Shown: in pieces, positions 24,524 through 36,300 of the stretch
Layout: each line of letters opens with the position of its first letter
How positions within the stretch are numbered: position 1 is the stretch's first letter
DNA from: Balanoglossus misakiensis
Taxonomy: Eukaryota > Animalia > Hemichordata
Reading direction: 5' to 3'
DNA length: 64,000 nucleotides
Assembly: GCA_040954595.2 (NCBI GenBank)
Contig: CM082586.2
Span: 9,083,337 to 9,147,336, forward strand
Notes under the pieces: model-generated
Told to the model about the DNA's origin: nothing
Seen by the model: only the letters and a program-made list of their open reading frames with translations
The model's database searches: none
Program-made: the position numbers and the translations under genes

Positions 24524-26466
24524 TTGGAGATGCGTTTAACGTCAGAGTTGGAAGTATTTTTAGTAAAGTCTGGGAAGTGACATGTCTTCAAAGTGACTGA
24601 TGTTATCTGCTAAGAGCTGAATGCCCATGGGTGTTCTTTCCTAGATTTTACATTTTCTTAGCATTTTATAGACCTGTGTATAACTATAATTTTAGTTATA
24701 TATTCTAATTTGAGTTTAGGTAGAGTATGCATGGAATTATAGTTATTATTCTGTAATTACCCAACCAAATATGTTGTCTAACTAATGGATATTTTGATTG
24801 TCAATTTGCACAGGCAACATTATTGAAGTAGCATTGAGAGTAGTTGTTAATATAGCAGAGCTTCTAACTGGAAAGAAGAGCTTAGTAAATTTATCAGCTC
24901 ATAATATTCCTTTAACCAATGAACTTTATATGAACTTGCACACCTGCGTTAAAGATACAGGGATTAATTTTCAGGAAACCTTACCAGCTCTAGTACAATT
25001 TTTTGAGCCAGAAATTGAATTACCCCCCCCCCCCCCAAAAAAAATAAAAAAAAATAAAAAAAAATAGTAATTTTATAAAGACACAGTCAGAAAAAAAACA
25101 GAGAAAGCCAGCAAGGAAGGGAGAAAAGTGGAATACATGAAAGGCACAGTTTGCTTAAAATACGTGTGTATGCAGTAAAACTGTATGGTGCAACGGCGTC
25201 CATTTTTATGATTTATAGCCAGCCAGTCTTTCCATGCATATCATACCAGAATTTAATATGAAATTCTTGTTAATGTTAATAGTCTACAAGGATAGTACAG
25301 GTAACATGTAGAAATTAAACTATCCAACTTTCTCCACTTTTGATATCTGCTCGACACAGGCAAGCAAAAGGGCCGATCTGAGACTTTGACTTGAATGATG
25401 GCAATTTTTGCTGTCCAGAAGCAACTGTATAACATTTTTTTGATAGTAATATCAGCTTTATGATTGCTAAAATACACAAGAATTTAAATATTTCCACTTA
25501 CTACAGTGATTGAACTGATTTTCAGCAAATTGCAATGTATAAACAAACAGGGTTCTGCCGAGCCAAAACGAAGTGGTGGTCGCGCTCATGAATATTAATG
25601 AGATTATTAATATTCATGAGCTCGATGTAAAGCGTTATCGACCTGACCTAATTACGTGACCTTTGACAGTATGCGTCTTTCCTTTGCTTTGTAAACCCGG
25701 AAGACAGGCAATTTTTCACCGGACATTTTCATGACGGCGACATCAACAATGATGACGATTTTGGGGGTTTCAAAGACTACAATTTTATACCGATCGAGGC
25801 CATTAGCAATCCCGACCGTGACAACGACTTTGGAGTCGATCTCAAGAGTGGGTGGTCGCGCGCGATCGCGGGACCCAGCCGGCTGCACCCGATGTACCGC
25901 ACACGGTCAGTCGAACGCGCGCGACCTTGTTATCGACAGTTTAGCGGGTTTCTTTGTTGACTCTCTCCTCCCATGTGTTTGATTTCCGCCGAAAAAGAAA
26001 ATTTCTCACGCCAAAACGCACGTATCACAGCGAACAATAGCAATGGTCGCGACCTTTTTGTCCTGGTTGCGGCCTGAAGAGTGCCGGTCGCGCGCGACCG
26101 GCGCCGACCAGCGTGGGCAGATCCCTGAACAAATATTGCCATCTAATGAAATGTCAACCCAATATGGCCGCCCATTTGCAATGGTAAAATGCTAGGTTTA
26201 CCATATTTGAGCGCCTGTGAATTTAAATTATAATCCAGATATCAAAAACATAAGTCACTATCTGTATCTGCACATATATTGTAATATAATCTGAAAATTT
26301 CGTGAAAATTAGATCAAAACATGATTTAGACACGGAACATCAAACATTGCAAATTTTCATATTTTACCATGGTGCCATGCAAAAAATAGAGAGATTTTTT
26401 TTACAAGTTTAGATGATCTCCTGTAAAACTGAAAGAAGTAATCTTCTGTGAATCTTACATTTTTAT
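24524..26466 (+). repeat. Segment S copy 3 (with 580-bp insertion; keeps the native right flank)
   Basis: Collinear with copies 1 and 2. After CATTTTTAT it continues into non-repeated sequence (26467-27020) instead of the Helentron module. Confidence 0.95.
25548..26127. mobile_element. 580-bp CpG-rich non-autonomous hAT-like element with 6-bp TSD
   Basis: TIR CAGGGTTCTGCC ... GGCAGATCCCTG (11/12). AACAAA duplicated at 25542-25547 and 26128-26133. Empty site GTATAAACAAATATTGCC in S copy 1. Repeated GGTCGCGC/GCGCGACC motifs and the palindrome GCTCATGAATATTAAT...ATTAATATTCATGAGC. Confidence 0.88.
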
Positions 26467-28758
26467 ATAATTTGGTAAAATTCTTTGAAAAATGGTGAAG
26501 ATACTTGAGAATCTCAGTATTATTTGATGCGTTTGTACGCTGAAATCCGGTGAACCGATTTTGATAATTTTTTTGTTATAACTTACTAAGATGTATAAAC
26601 ATTTTTATCAGAAAAATAAACGGCAATCTTGGAGTAAATTTTTAACTGATCTTCCTTATATAATTTTAATGGTCCAGCTGTTACAGGGACCACCAGCTAT
26701 TTTATTATAAACTGGTGGTAGGTCAGTGAATGCCTCTGTCTGATTGGACTAATTAATTTGTCATACTCGCATGTATTTTTACAGACAGTTTTTGGACAAA
26801 AATCAGTTGTTGTTTTTTAGTGTAGCTTGTAAGATTGCTGTGACACATAACACTTTATTTGGCATAGTTAATTTTTTTATGTTTCCATAGTATTTAAATA
26901 TTAATGCCATATATGCTTGCCAATGTCGCCCCTGAATTTAATTCTGGTGAATACCTAATTTCTGAGTAATCCCCAAAGGGCACCACAGTGTCCTTTACAT
27001 TATTTTATAAGAAGTAAATTATACATAGATATGCATCTTGTTAAAAAGCCCAACAGTCATGATTTTGTTCACATGAGTACTACTGCTGCCAGGACATAAC
27101 CCAAATCTTTTGATAATTTTGGCAATGACCTTTGATCTACTATCCCATGCCTTGGCATGTACAGCAGATACAGCCTTCAAATTTGGTGTTCTTATTGACT
27201 GTGCGGTTCAATGTTTGACAATAATATCATTAGTGGTCATGTGGCTTTGGATTTTTGAAAAATATCATAAAAAAAATTCAAAAAATCTATTTCTAATCAA
27301 GTTTTCAAGTAAATTGTGATTGGGTAAACCTTATTGGAGCCAAATTGGATTTTCTGATCTCCGATAAAAGACTAAAATTTCCTATTTCTAGCGTGCTCCT
27401 TGAAACCATACAAATTCTTTTTATGGATATGAGTCACCATAGGACCAGAATATATCAAAATTATTAGACTACTTTCAGATGTTCTTTGATCAAATTTTTA
27501 CAAAACTTGATTGAACAACTTGTTTGCGACTCTCGCATGTCCTTTGATCCAGTAATTCCAGAACTTATTTTATGTGGATATGCCTTTTGTTAAAAAGCAC
27601 ATCTGTCATGATTTTGTTCACATGAGTACTACTGCTGCCAGGACATAACCCAAATCTTTTAGATAATTTTGGCAATGACCTTTGATCTACTATCCCATGC
27701 CTTGGCATGTACAGCAGATACAGCCTTCAAATTTGGTGGACTGGAACACCTTATGAAGAATTAAACTTTAACACAATAATTATGTACATAAGCTATTTCA
27801 AGTTAACCAATAGAGCTTAGAAGTCTGTTTTCTGTTGGACACAGCTCAGTTTGATATCAAAATTTGTTGGCCCAAATTTGCGTGACCTCTGGCTTACTTA
27901 CAATTTCTCAGCATCAATAACAGATACAGCCTTTGCATTCTGTTGGAACCATGCTAACCACTTTGGTCCCTCCAATGCTGCTTTTAGTTGTAATTGTCTT
28001 GTTCATGGTGGCCATATTGGATTTTCGGTTAACCTTTAAAAGGTGACATTTTTTTCAAAAACTACAGGGCCAATCAAGTTCAAATTGACTGTGTGGTTCA
28101 ATGTTTGACAATAATATCGTTAGTGGTCATGTGGCTTTGGATTTTTGAAAAATAGAATAAAAAAGTTTCAAAACATTTATTTCTAATCAAGTTTTCAAGT
28201 AAAATGTGATTGGGTAAACCTTATTGGAGCCAAATTGGATTTTCTGATCTCCGATAAAAGACTAAAATTTCCTATTTCTAGCGTGCTCATTGAAACCACA
28301 CAAATTCTTTTTATGGATACGAGTCACCATAGGACCAGAATATATCATAATTATTAGACTACTTCCACATGTTCTTTGATCCAGTAATTCCAGAACTTAT
28401 TTTATGTGGATATGCCTCTTGTTAAAAAGCACAACAGTCATGATTTTGTTCACATGAGTACTACTGCTGCCAGGACATAACCCAAATCTTTTGATAATTT
28501 TGGCAATGACCTTTGATCTACTATCCCATGCCTTGGCATGTACAGCAGATACAGCCTTCAAATTTGGTGGACTGCAACACCCAATAAAGTATTAAACTTT
28601 TACACAATAATTTTGTACATAATCTATTTCAAGTTAACCAATAGAGCTTAGAAATCTGGTTTTTTGTTTGACACTGATCAGTTTAAGATCAAAAATTTGT
28701 GTCACAATTTTGCGTGACCTCTGGCTTACTTTACCATTTCTTTGCATCCACAACAAAA

Positions 28759-28889
28759 TCAAATCAAATCAATCAAGCAAAAAAGTTTATATAGCGCCAA
28801 AATCCAAAAAGAAATTTTGCCCAATGACGCTCACGGTTAAACCACACTGTATGCTCTTTCGAACACATGAGTTTTCATATGATTTTTTT
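28759..28889 (-). mobile_element. 131-bp 5'-truncated L2/CR1-group LINE 3' end
   Basis: The - strand reads KNHMKTHVFERAYSVV* (cf. the FKxxLKTxLF ORF2 terminus), then GAGCGTCATTGGGC...TGGCGCTATATAAA and an (ATTTG)-type tail. AACAAAA duplicated at 28752-28758 and 28890-28896. Empty site CATCCACAACAAAACAGCC at ~22494. Confidence 0.8.
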
Positions 28890-31800
28890 AACAAAACATC
28901 CTTTGCTTTCTGTTGGAACCATGCTAACTGCTTGGGCCCATCCCATTTCTTCTTAATGGCGGCCATATTGGATATTATGATAACACTTAAAAATTTACAT
29001 CTTTTCAACAACTACAAGGCAAATCAAGTTCTAATTTACTGTGCGGTTTAATGTTTGACAATAATATCATTAGTGGTCATGTCACTTTGGTTGCCATATT
29101 GGATTTTTGAAAAATCTCATGAAAAATTTCACAAATCTTTTCCTAGTCACGTTTTCAAGTGAATTGTGATTGGTTTATCCTAATTAAAGCCAAATCGGAT
29201 TTTCTAAACACACGATTTAAAAAAAATCCTATTTCTAGCCTACCCAAAATCTTTTAATAGATATGAGTCACCACATGACCAGATTATATTACAATTTTTG
29301 GGCAATTTTCGAATGTCCTTTGATCCATTTTTTCCAGAACTTAATTGTGCGTGGATATGCTTCTTGTCAAAAAGCACACCAGTCATGATTTTGTTCACAG
29401 GAGTTTTGCATCTATAACAGATGCAGCCTTTGCTTTCTGCTGCCAGGAAATAAACAAAATATTTAGAGGACTGAAACACCTAATGAAGTATTAAACTTTA
29501 ACACAATAATTATGTACATAAGCAATTTCAAGTTAACCAATAGAGCTGAGAAGTCTGTTTTCTGTTGGACACAGCTCAGTTTGATATCGAAATTTGTTGG
29601 CCCAAATTTGCGTGACCTCTCGCTTACTTACCATTTCTCAGCATCCATAACAGATACAGCCTTTGCTTTCTGTTCGAACCATGCTAACCGCTTTGGTCCC
29701 TCCAATGCTGCTTTTAGTATTAATTGTCTTCTTCATGGTGGCCATATTGGATTTTCGGATAACCTTTAAAACTTGACATTTTTTTTCCAAAAATACAGGG
29801 CCAATCAAGTTCTAATTTACTGTGCGGTTCAATGTTTGACAATAATAGTATCAGTAGTGGTCATGTGGCTTTGGATGCATAATTGGATTTTTGAAAACTA
29901 TCATAAAACAAATCAAAAATCTATTTCTAATCAAGTTTTCAAGTAAATTGTGATTGGTTAAAACTAATTGGACCCATATAAGCAATTTCAAGTTAACCAA
30001 TATAGCTTAGAAGTCTGGATTTTGTTGGACACTGATCAGTTTGATATCAAATTTTGTTAGCACAATTTTGCATGACCTCTGGCTTACTTTACCATTTCTC
30101 GGCATCTGCTACAGATACAGCCTTTGCTTTCTGTTGGAACCATGCTAACCACATTCGTCCCTCCAATGCTGCTTTTAGCTTTGTCTTCTTCATGGCAGCC
30201 ATATTGGATTTTCTGATAACCTTTAAAAGTTGACTCTTTTCAAAAATTACAAGGCCAATAAAGTTCTAATTTACTGTGCGGTTCCAATTTTTTCAATAAT
30301 AATGTTAGTGGTCATGTGACTTTGGATTTATTATGGATTTTTGAAAAATCTCATTAAAAATGTCAAAAATCTTTTTCTACTTAAGTTTTCAAGTGAATTG
30401 TGATTGGTTCAACCTTATTGGATAAAACTTTTGTATGGATACGAGTCGCCATATGACCAGAATACATGTTTTTGATCCAGTTTTCTCAGAACTTGATTAT
30501 ACAAAATTTTGACAACTACACATGTCCTTTGATCCAGTGTTTTCTGAACTTAATTGTATGTGGATACGATTCTTGTTAAAAAGCACAACAGTCATGATTT
30601 TGTTTACATGAGTACTGCTGCTGCCGGAACATAACCTTATTTTTTGATAATTTTGGCAATGACCTTTGATCTACGTTCCCATAACCTGGCATGCACAGCA
30701 GATGCATGTTTCAAATTTAGAGGACTGGAACACCTAATGAAGTACTTTACCATTTCTTGGCATCCACAACAGATACAGCCTTTGCTTTCTTTTGAAACCA
30801 TGCTAACCAGTTTAGCCCCTGCAATGCTGCTTGTAAGTTTAATTGTCTTCTTCATGACGGCCATATTGGATTTTCTGATAATTTCTACAAGTTGACATAT
30901 TTTTTCAAAACTGCAGGGCAAATCAATTACTAATTGACTTTCCGGTTCAAAGTTTGACAATAATATCATTAGTGGTCATGTGACTTTTGATGCCTTATTG
31001 GATTTTTGAAAATCTCATTATAATTGTCATTTTTTTATCTAATCAAGTTTTCAAGTGAATTTTGATTGGTTAAATCTCATTGGAGCCAAATTAGATTTTC
31101 TAAACTCCGATTAAGAACTAAATTTTCCTATTTTTAGCCTATGCATTGATTGCATACAAATTCCTTTAATGGATATGAGTCACCATACGACTAGAATATG
31201 TTACAATTTTTTGGCAACTTTCACATGTCCTTTGATCCAACCTTTTTCAACACCTAATAATACAAATTTTTGGCAACTTTCATTTGTTCTTTGATCCAGA
31301 TCTTTCAGAACTTAATTAAAGCTTATTGAAGCCAAATTGGATTTTATGAATTCTGATTAAAAACTAAAATTTCCTTTTTCTGGGTTACTCATTGATTGCA
31401 CACCAATTCTTTTTATAGATACGAGTCTTCATATGACCAGAATACATTGCATTTTTTTTGGCAATTTTCGCATGTATTTTGATCTAGTTTTTTTCAGAAC
31501 TTAATTATTCGTGGATGTGCCTCTTGTTGAAAAGCACAACAGTGATGATTTTTGTCACATTACTGCTGCCAGGACATATTTTGGCATTGAACTTCGTTCT
31601 ACATTTGGCACCTGTATTCTTTTCTGAATATCTTATTGCGGCAAGACTAGTAGCACTAGAGGTTTGGTTTTTGATGTATATGGACAAGTATGGGACTTAG
31701 GTATTTTTGTTACATTTGGAATCCACTGGACCAATGTTGACCTTATTAAATATGTGCATATCTAATGCTGAGCTTACCCATATTGTTACAGGTTGAATTA

Positions 31801-32348
31801 TTTATGAACATGCTCTACTTTTGGACTTAATTTTTTTGCTGAATTTCTTGACCAATGATAATCTTATAAATATGTGCTTACGTAATTGTAGACTAGACAA
31901 TGAAGCTTTGAGTCTGGGTTTCCTTGAACATAGACCACTATGCAATCAAAATTTTTTCTGACATTTTTGATGGCTTTGGTTTTGGACATTTTTGATGGAC
32001 CTATTTTTCCATGCCTTGGCATGCACAGCAGATAACGTCTTACAATTTTGAAGGCTGGAACACCTAATAACCAGGTTAACTAATAGAGCCAGAAGTCTTG
32101 TTTTTCATTTTACACTGATCATTTTGGAAGAAAAATTTGTTGACAATTTTGGGTGAGCTCTTGGTGACCTTTGATCAACTTTCCTATAAACATAGCAGAT
32201 ATAGCATTGGCACTCTCTGGTATCCATAGGAACTGCTTAGACCTAGCCAATGTTGGTCGCACCTTATTTTTTTTTATTAATTGACCATATGTACCCCTTG
32301 ACCCTCAGTTTGTTGGGTTGGGCTGGCTTGCAACATTAATGCTATCAT

Positions 32349-33733
32349 AAGGGGCACAAGCCAGGCGAGGTAGATCTGGAAAACCGCAGCACCTACAGGG
32401 CTGAAACTTGGTAGGGTGATAGGGGCCAATGAGTAGACCTAGAGTGGCCGTGAATATTTAATTAGTCACGTGACCTGGCGGCCATATTAGATTTTCCGAA
32501 AACCGTTAAATGACTCCTTCTCAAAAACTACTGGGCCAATCGAGTTCAAATTTTGTGTGCAGGTAGCCTACCTTCTGTCCATCATTTTACCCCATTGAAA
32601 TCATGATGTCAAATATAAAGTTTTTTTGCTACAATTTTTTTTCTGAAAAACTACTTAAAACTTTTAAAATCTTCTTCTCCAGAAGCAGTGATCGCCGAGT
32701 TATGGGATTCGGGGTATGCAGTCATCTAACCTATGTCTTTCAAGTTTGCGAAGTGCACTGTGATTGGTCGATCATTATGGCGGCCATATTGGATTTCCTG
32801 AAAACCATTGAAAAATGTAAATTCCGTTCTATAGCCAAAATGTTGACACCAAGGAAATTATTTTTGTGGATATAAGTCATCATATGACCGGAACTTGTCA
32901 CAATTTTGGGGGGCAATTTTCACATGACCTTTGACCCAGTTTTAAACCAACTAATTATATATGCATATTCCCCATACCTCCTCTTGTAAAAGCACTACAG
33001 TCATGAATTTTGTGGACATGGGTACCAATGCTGTCAGGACATGACACAAATATTTTGGCAATGACCTTTGACCTATTTCTGAAACATCATTTTTCTGCAT
33101 ATCTAAATCCAGGCTAACCAATAGGGCTCCAGGTCTGGTTTTTGTTGGACATGGCCCACTATGGGGTCAAACTTTTATGCCCAAATTTTGGGTGACCTTT
33201 GACCTACTTTCCCATATCTCAGCTTCCAGAGCAGTTACAGCCCTGGCTATGGGGGGATTGACCACCTAATAGAGTCTTACACAATACCTCATTAATTATG
33301 TGCATATCTTATTCCAAGCTAACCAACAGGGCTAGATGTTTGGTTTTTGTTGTATAAGGACATATGTGGTGTCAAAATTTTGCTCAAATTTTGGTGACCT
33401 CAGGTGACCTTTGACCTTCTTCCCTATATCTCGGCATCCAGACAGGATAGAGCCTTGGCTTTTGGAGGGATTGAACACCTTTTGGGGTCTTTTATGTTAC
33501 CTCATTAATTATGCACATATCTAATTCCAGGCTAACCAATAGGGCTAGAGGTTTGGTTTTTGTTGGTCATGGACAAGTATGGTGTCAAAATGTTTCGCCC
33601 AAATTTGGGTGAACTCAGGTGACCTTTGACCTACTTTCCCATATCTTGGTATCCACAGCAGATACAGCTTTGGGATTCGCTGGTTACCATGGGAACCGTT
33701 TGTGCCCCACCAACGCTGCTTGCAGCTTTAATT
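32349..33733 (+). mobile_element. Second copy of Helentron-type element A with a 5' internal deletion
   Basis: Begins AGGGGCACAAGCC and jumps to AGGTAGATCTGGAAAACCGC (palindrome right arm and microsatellite missing). Body collinear with 13326-14501. Ends GTTTGTGCCCC-ACCAAC-GCTGCTTGCAGCTTTAATT. Confidence 0.85.
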
Positions 33734-33877
33734 ATCATTGATTTCATGTATTTAATTCTTTCATTCTTTTTTCTTCTGTAGGTCCCACCGGTACTCTTCT
33801 TCTTCTCTCTCTCTTCCTTTCTTTCTTTCTTTTTTCTCTCTTCTCTTCTTTTTTTCCCTGTAGGCCCCAATGGTAAC

Positions 33878-34415
33878 ACCATAATCAACCTACTAACGTA
33901 AAATTTGATGGATGGGTGGAGCGGAGTGTCAACCATAGTCAACCTACTAATATAAACTTTGATGGATGGATGGAGCAGAGCGTCAACCATAGTCAACCTA
34001 CTAATATTAAACTTTGATGGATGGATGGAACGGAGCGTCAACCATAGTCAACCTACTAAATATAAACTTTGATGGATGGATGGGGCGGAGCGTCAACCAT
34101 AGTCAACCTGCTGAAATATAAACTTTGATGGATGGATAGTGCCATGGAGCGTCAACTTAAACGATGGAGAAGTGGAAGGATGGAGAAGAAGAGTTTTTTT
34201 TTCTCTTTTTTCTCTTTTTTTTCCTGTAGGGCTCACTGGTAACACCATAATCAACCTACTAACGTAAAATTTGATGGATGGATGGATGGAGCGGAGTGTC
34301 AATCATAGTCAACCTACTAATATTAAACTTTGATGGATGGATGGTGCGGGGCGTCAACCATAGTCAACCTGCTGAAATATAAACTTTGGTGGATGGATGG
34401 TGCCGTGGAGCGTCA
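33878..34415 (+). repeat. 54-55 bp minisatellite in two duplicated blocks (5 + 3 units)
   Basis: Unit ACCATAGTCAACCTACTAATATAAACTTTGATGGATGGATGGAGCGGAGCGTCA at 33878, 33932, 33986, 34041, 34096 and again ~34243, 34302, 34357. Each block is preceded by a CT-rich tract. Confidence 0.9.
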
Positions 34416-34499
34416 ACTTAAAGGATGGAGATGTGGAAGGATGGAGAAGTGGAGTTTCAACATAATAAACCTATTGACCGAAATTATGAGGTAGAGTTA

Positions 34500-35110
34500 T
34501 ATAGGAGTACAAAACGAAGTGATCGTAATATAAAACTTAATAGTCCAATAAATCAGGTTAATAATTGGTAGTGATTACTTATGCTAAAATGAGGTTAACA
34601 GCAATGGCTTTGTGCAGGGTATGATAATAGGTTCATAAATGTGTATGGTATAATAAAGGCGAACAAATATGAATGGTTTAATAAAAGGGTTACAAATGTG
34701 ATGATGGCTTATGGTAAAATTTGAGTGTACACAGGTTATACAGGGGTAACAGTGGTTTTTTGGATGAAGGGAATGATAATAGGGTAACAAATGTGACTGG
34801 TATAAAAGGTATAATAATGGGTTTATAATATGATGATGACTTGTGTACACAGGTTATAATGGGTATATGAATGAGAAGGGTATAATAAATGGTGATAACT
34901 GTGTCGGGTTTAATAAAGGTAACAATCATGGAAGGGTATAATAACGATTAATAATTGCGGTGATGGCTTATGGTGATATTAAGTATACAAGGGTGTTAAT
35001 ATTGATGATGATGACAGAGGTATAATAATGATATAACATTAAATAAGTGTCCAGGGTCTAATAATCATGTTGGTTCATTAATTGGTTAATGTGTATGTTT
35101 TATGAATAAC
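34500..35110. repeat. C-poor low-complexity tract with ATAATA(A/T)GGGT-like motifs
   Basis: Recurrent GGGTATAATAA, AATAAAGGGTTACAAAT and GATGGCTTATGGT motifs; strong G/C strand skew. Confidence 0.55.
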
Positions 35111-36257
35111 ATGCTATTATTTCTCAGATAGATAATACTCGTCAGCATCGTTATTCGGTGGAATTTCTCGCAACGGTACCCGTGATCGTATTCGCGCATG
35201 GACACATTGTACGCGACAGACAGGCAGAACATGTTAGGTTAGCTAAACCTCCCCACCCCATCCAAATTCCAAATTTAGCTTAGATCATGGGGTGAGAGGA
35301 GGAGAGGACAGTTTTTTTTCCTCTTTTGTAACTGGTCTGAGGTTTTTAACTGCCCTTTAGGCGCGTAAATTAGATATGTAATCATACAAGTAGTTATCTT
35401 GCTTTATTTGAAAACAATTATGATAGAGCTCTGCGAGATTATGTACACGATAGTGTGTTATATAATGCTAAGGTAAAAGTAAACTTAACCCACTAACCCA
35501 TCACTCTATTGTGTGCATAATTTGCAGATGCTATTTTGACTGGCCCATTGTCACAGTTCAACCACATGACACCTTGTTTCAAAAAGAGCAGAAACTATTT
35601 GTGTTAATTTCTTTCAGGTTAACTACATGACACATTGTTTCAAATTGGCCTGCAAGATTTACTACTTGAACCTCCACCCCCCTCCAGCCCCCCCCCCCCC
35701 CCCAAAAAAATAAAAATAAAAAATTAGGGATTAATCAATCGCTATATTATGAACATTCACATGAAAATTATGCAACCAAATTAGAGGTATTCTGGAGGCG
35801 TCTTCTGATGTCAGGTGGTTCAAATCCACCAATACCTAAGCTGGAAACATAACTTTTCATTGGTGTTCATATATGGCAAATAAAACATGCATATTCATAT
35901 TCTCAAATTTCATAAATGAACAAATTGAAGTAGATTCTTTTCGATATGCCTTTATAAACCAACTTTAATCCTATTTTACCCACTTTACTCAAAATGTTGT
36001 GTTTAAATTGCCCACAAGTAAGTCTTTTCTTATCTGCATATATTCATAATGTTTTCCGCAAAGTGTACAACTGCATGTCTTGTGATCAGTATTGTGACAT
36101 CTAAGAAGAACGGGAACTGGTCAGAGAACTGGGATATGGGAGCTGACAAACTGAGTTGTTGGAAATTCAAAGAGACTAATTTGCACTTTTCCACATTTTC
36201 TTGAAATCTGACTAGGAGCTAAACAAGGCACCATACAGAAAGGTCATTCTGTCACAT

Positions 36258-36300
36258 AGTCATAGTCCAGTGGTTAGAGGATCATGGGTTCGAACCCTGG
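36258..36300 (+). promoter_or_regulatory. Compressed tRNA-type internal Pol III promoter remnant (tRNA/SINE head)
   Basis: A-box-like TAGTCCAGTGG(TTAG) at 36263-36273 and B-box GGTTCGAACCC at 36287-36297. They are only 13 nt apart, so the anticodon arm is missing and this is not a functional tRNA. Confidence 0.55.

Larger units (their letters stand above)
20927..32270 (+). repeat. Head-to-tail array of truncated, diverged Helentron-family units (0.45-1 kb each), interrupted by S copy 3 and later insertions
   Basis: Module GGAACCATGCTAACC...AATGCTGCTT..AG.TTTAATTGTCTTCTTCATGGCGGCCATATTGGATTTT recurs at ~20930, 21874, 22526, 24443, 27945, 28915, 29675, 30136 and 30794 (also 19082). Internal motifs (GGATATGAGTCA.CATATGACC; AAAGCAC.ACAGTCATGA; TTTTGGCAATGACCTTTGA) are shared with elements A and B. 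A decayed 3' end lies at ~32195-32270. Confidence 0.8.

Noticed and set aside
33631-34929. Lys/Arg/Glu-rich and His/Ile-rich - strand ORFs
   Set aside because: They arise from CT tracts, the minisatellite and low-complexity DNA.
36258-36300. Functional tRNA gene
   Set aside because: No anticodon arm or complete acceptor stem; only A-box and B-box remnants.
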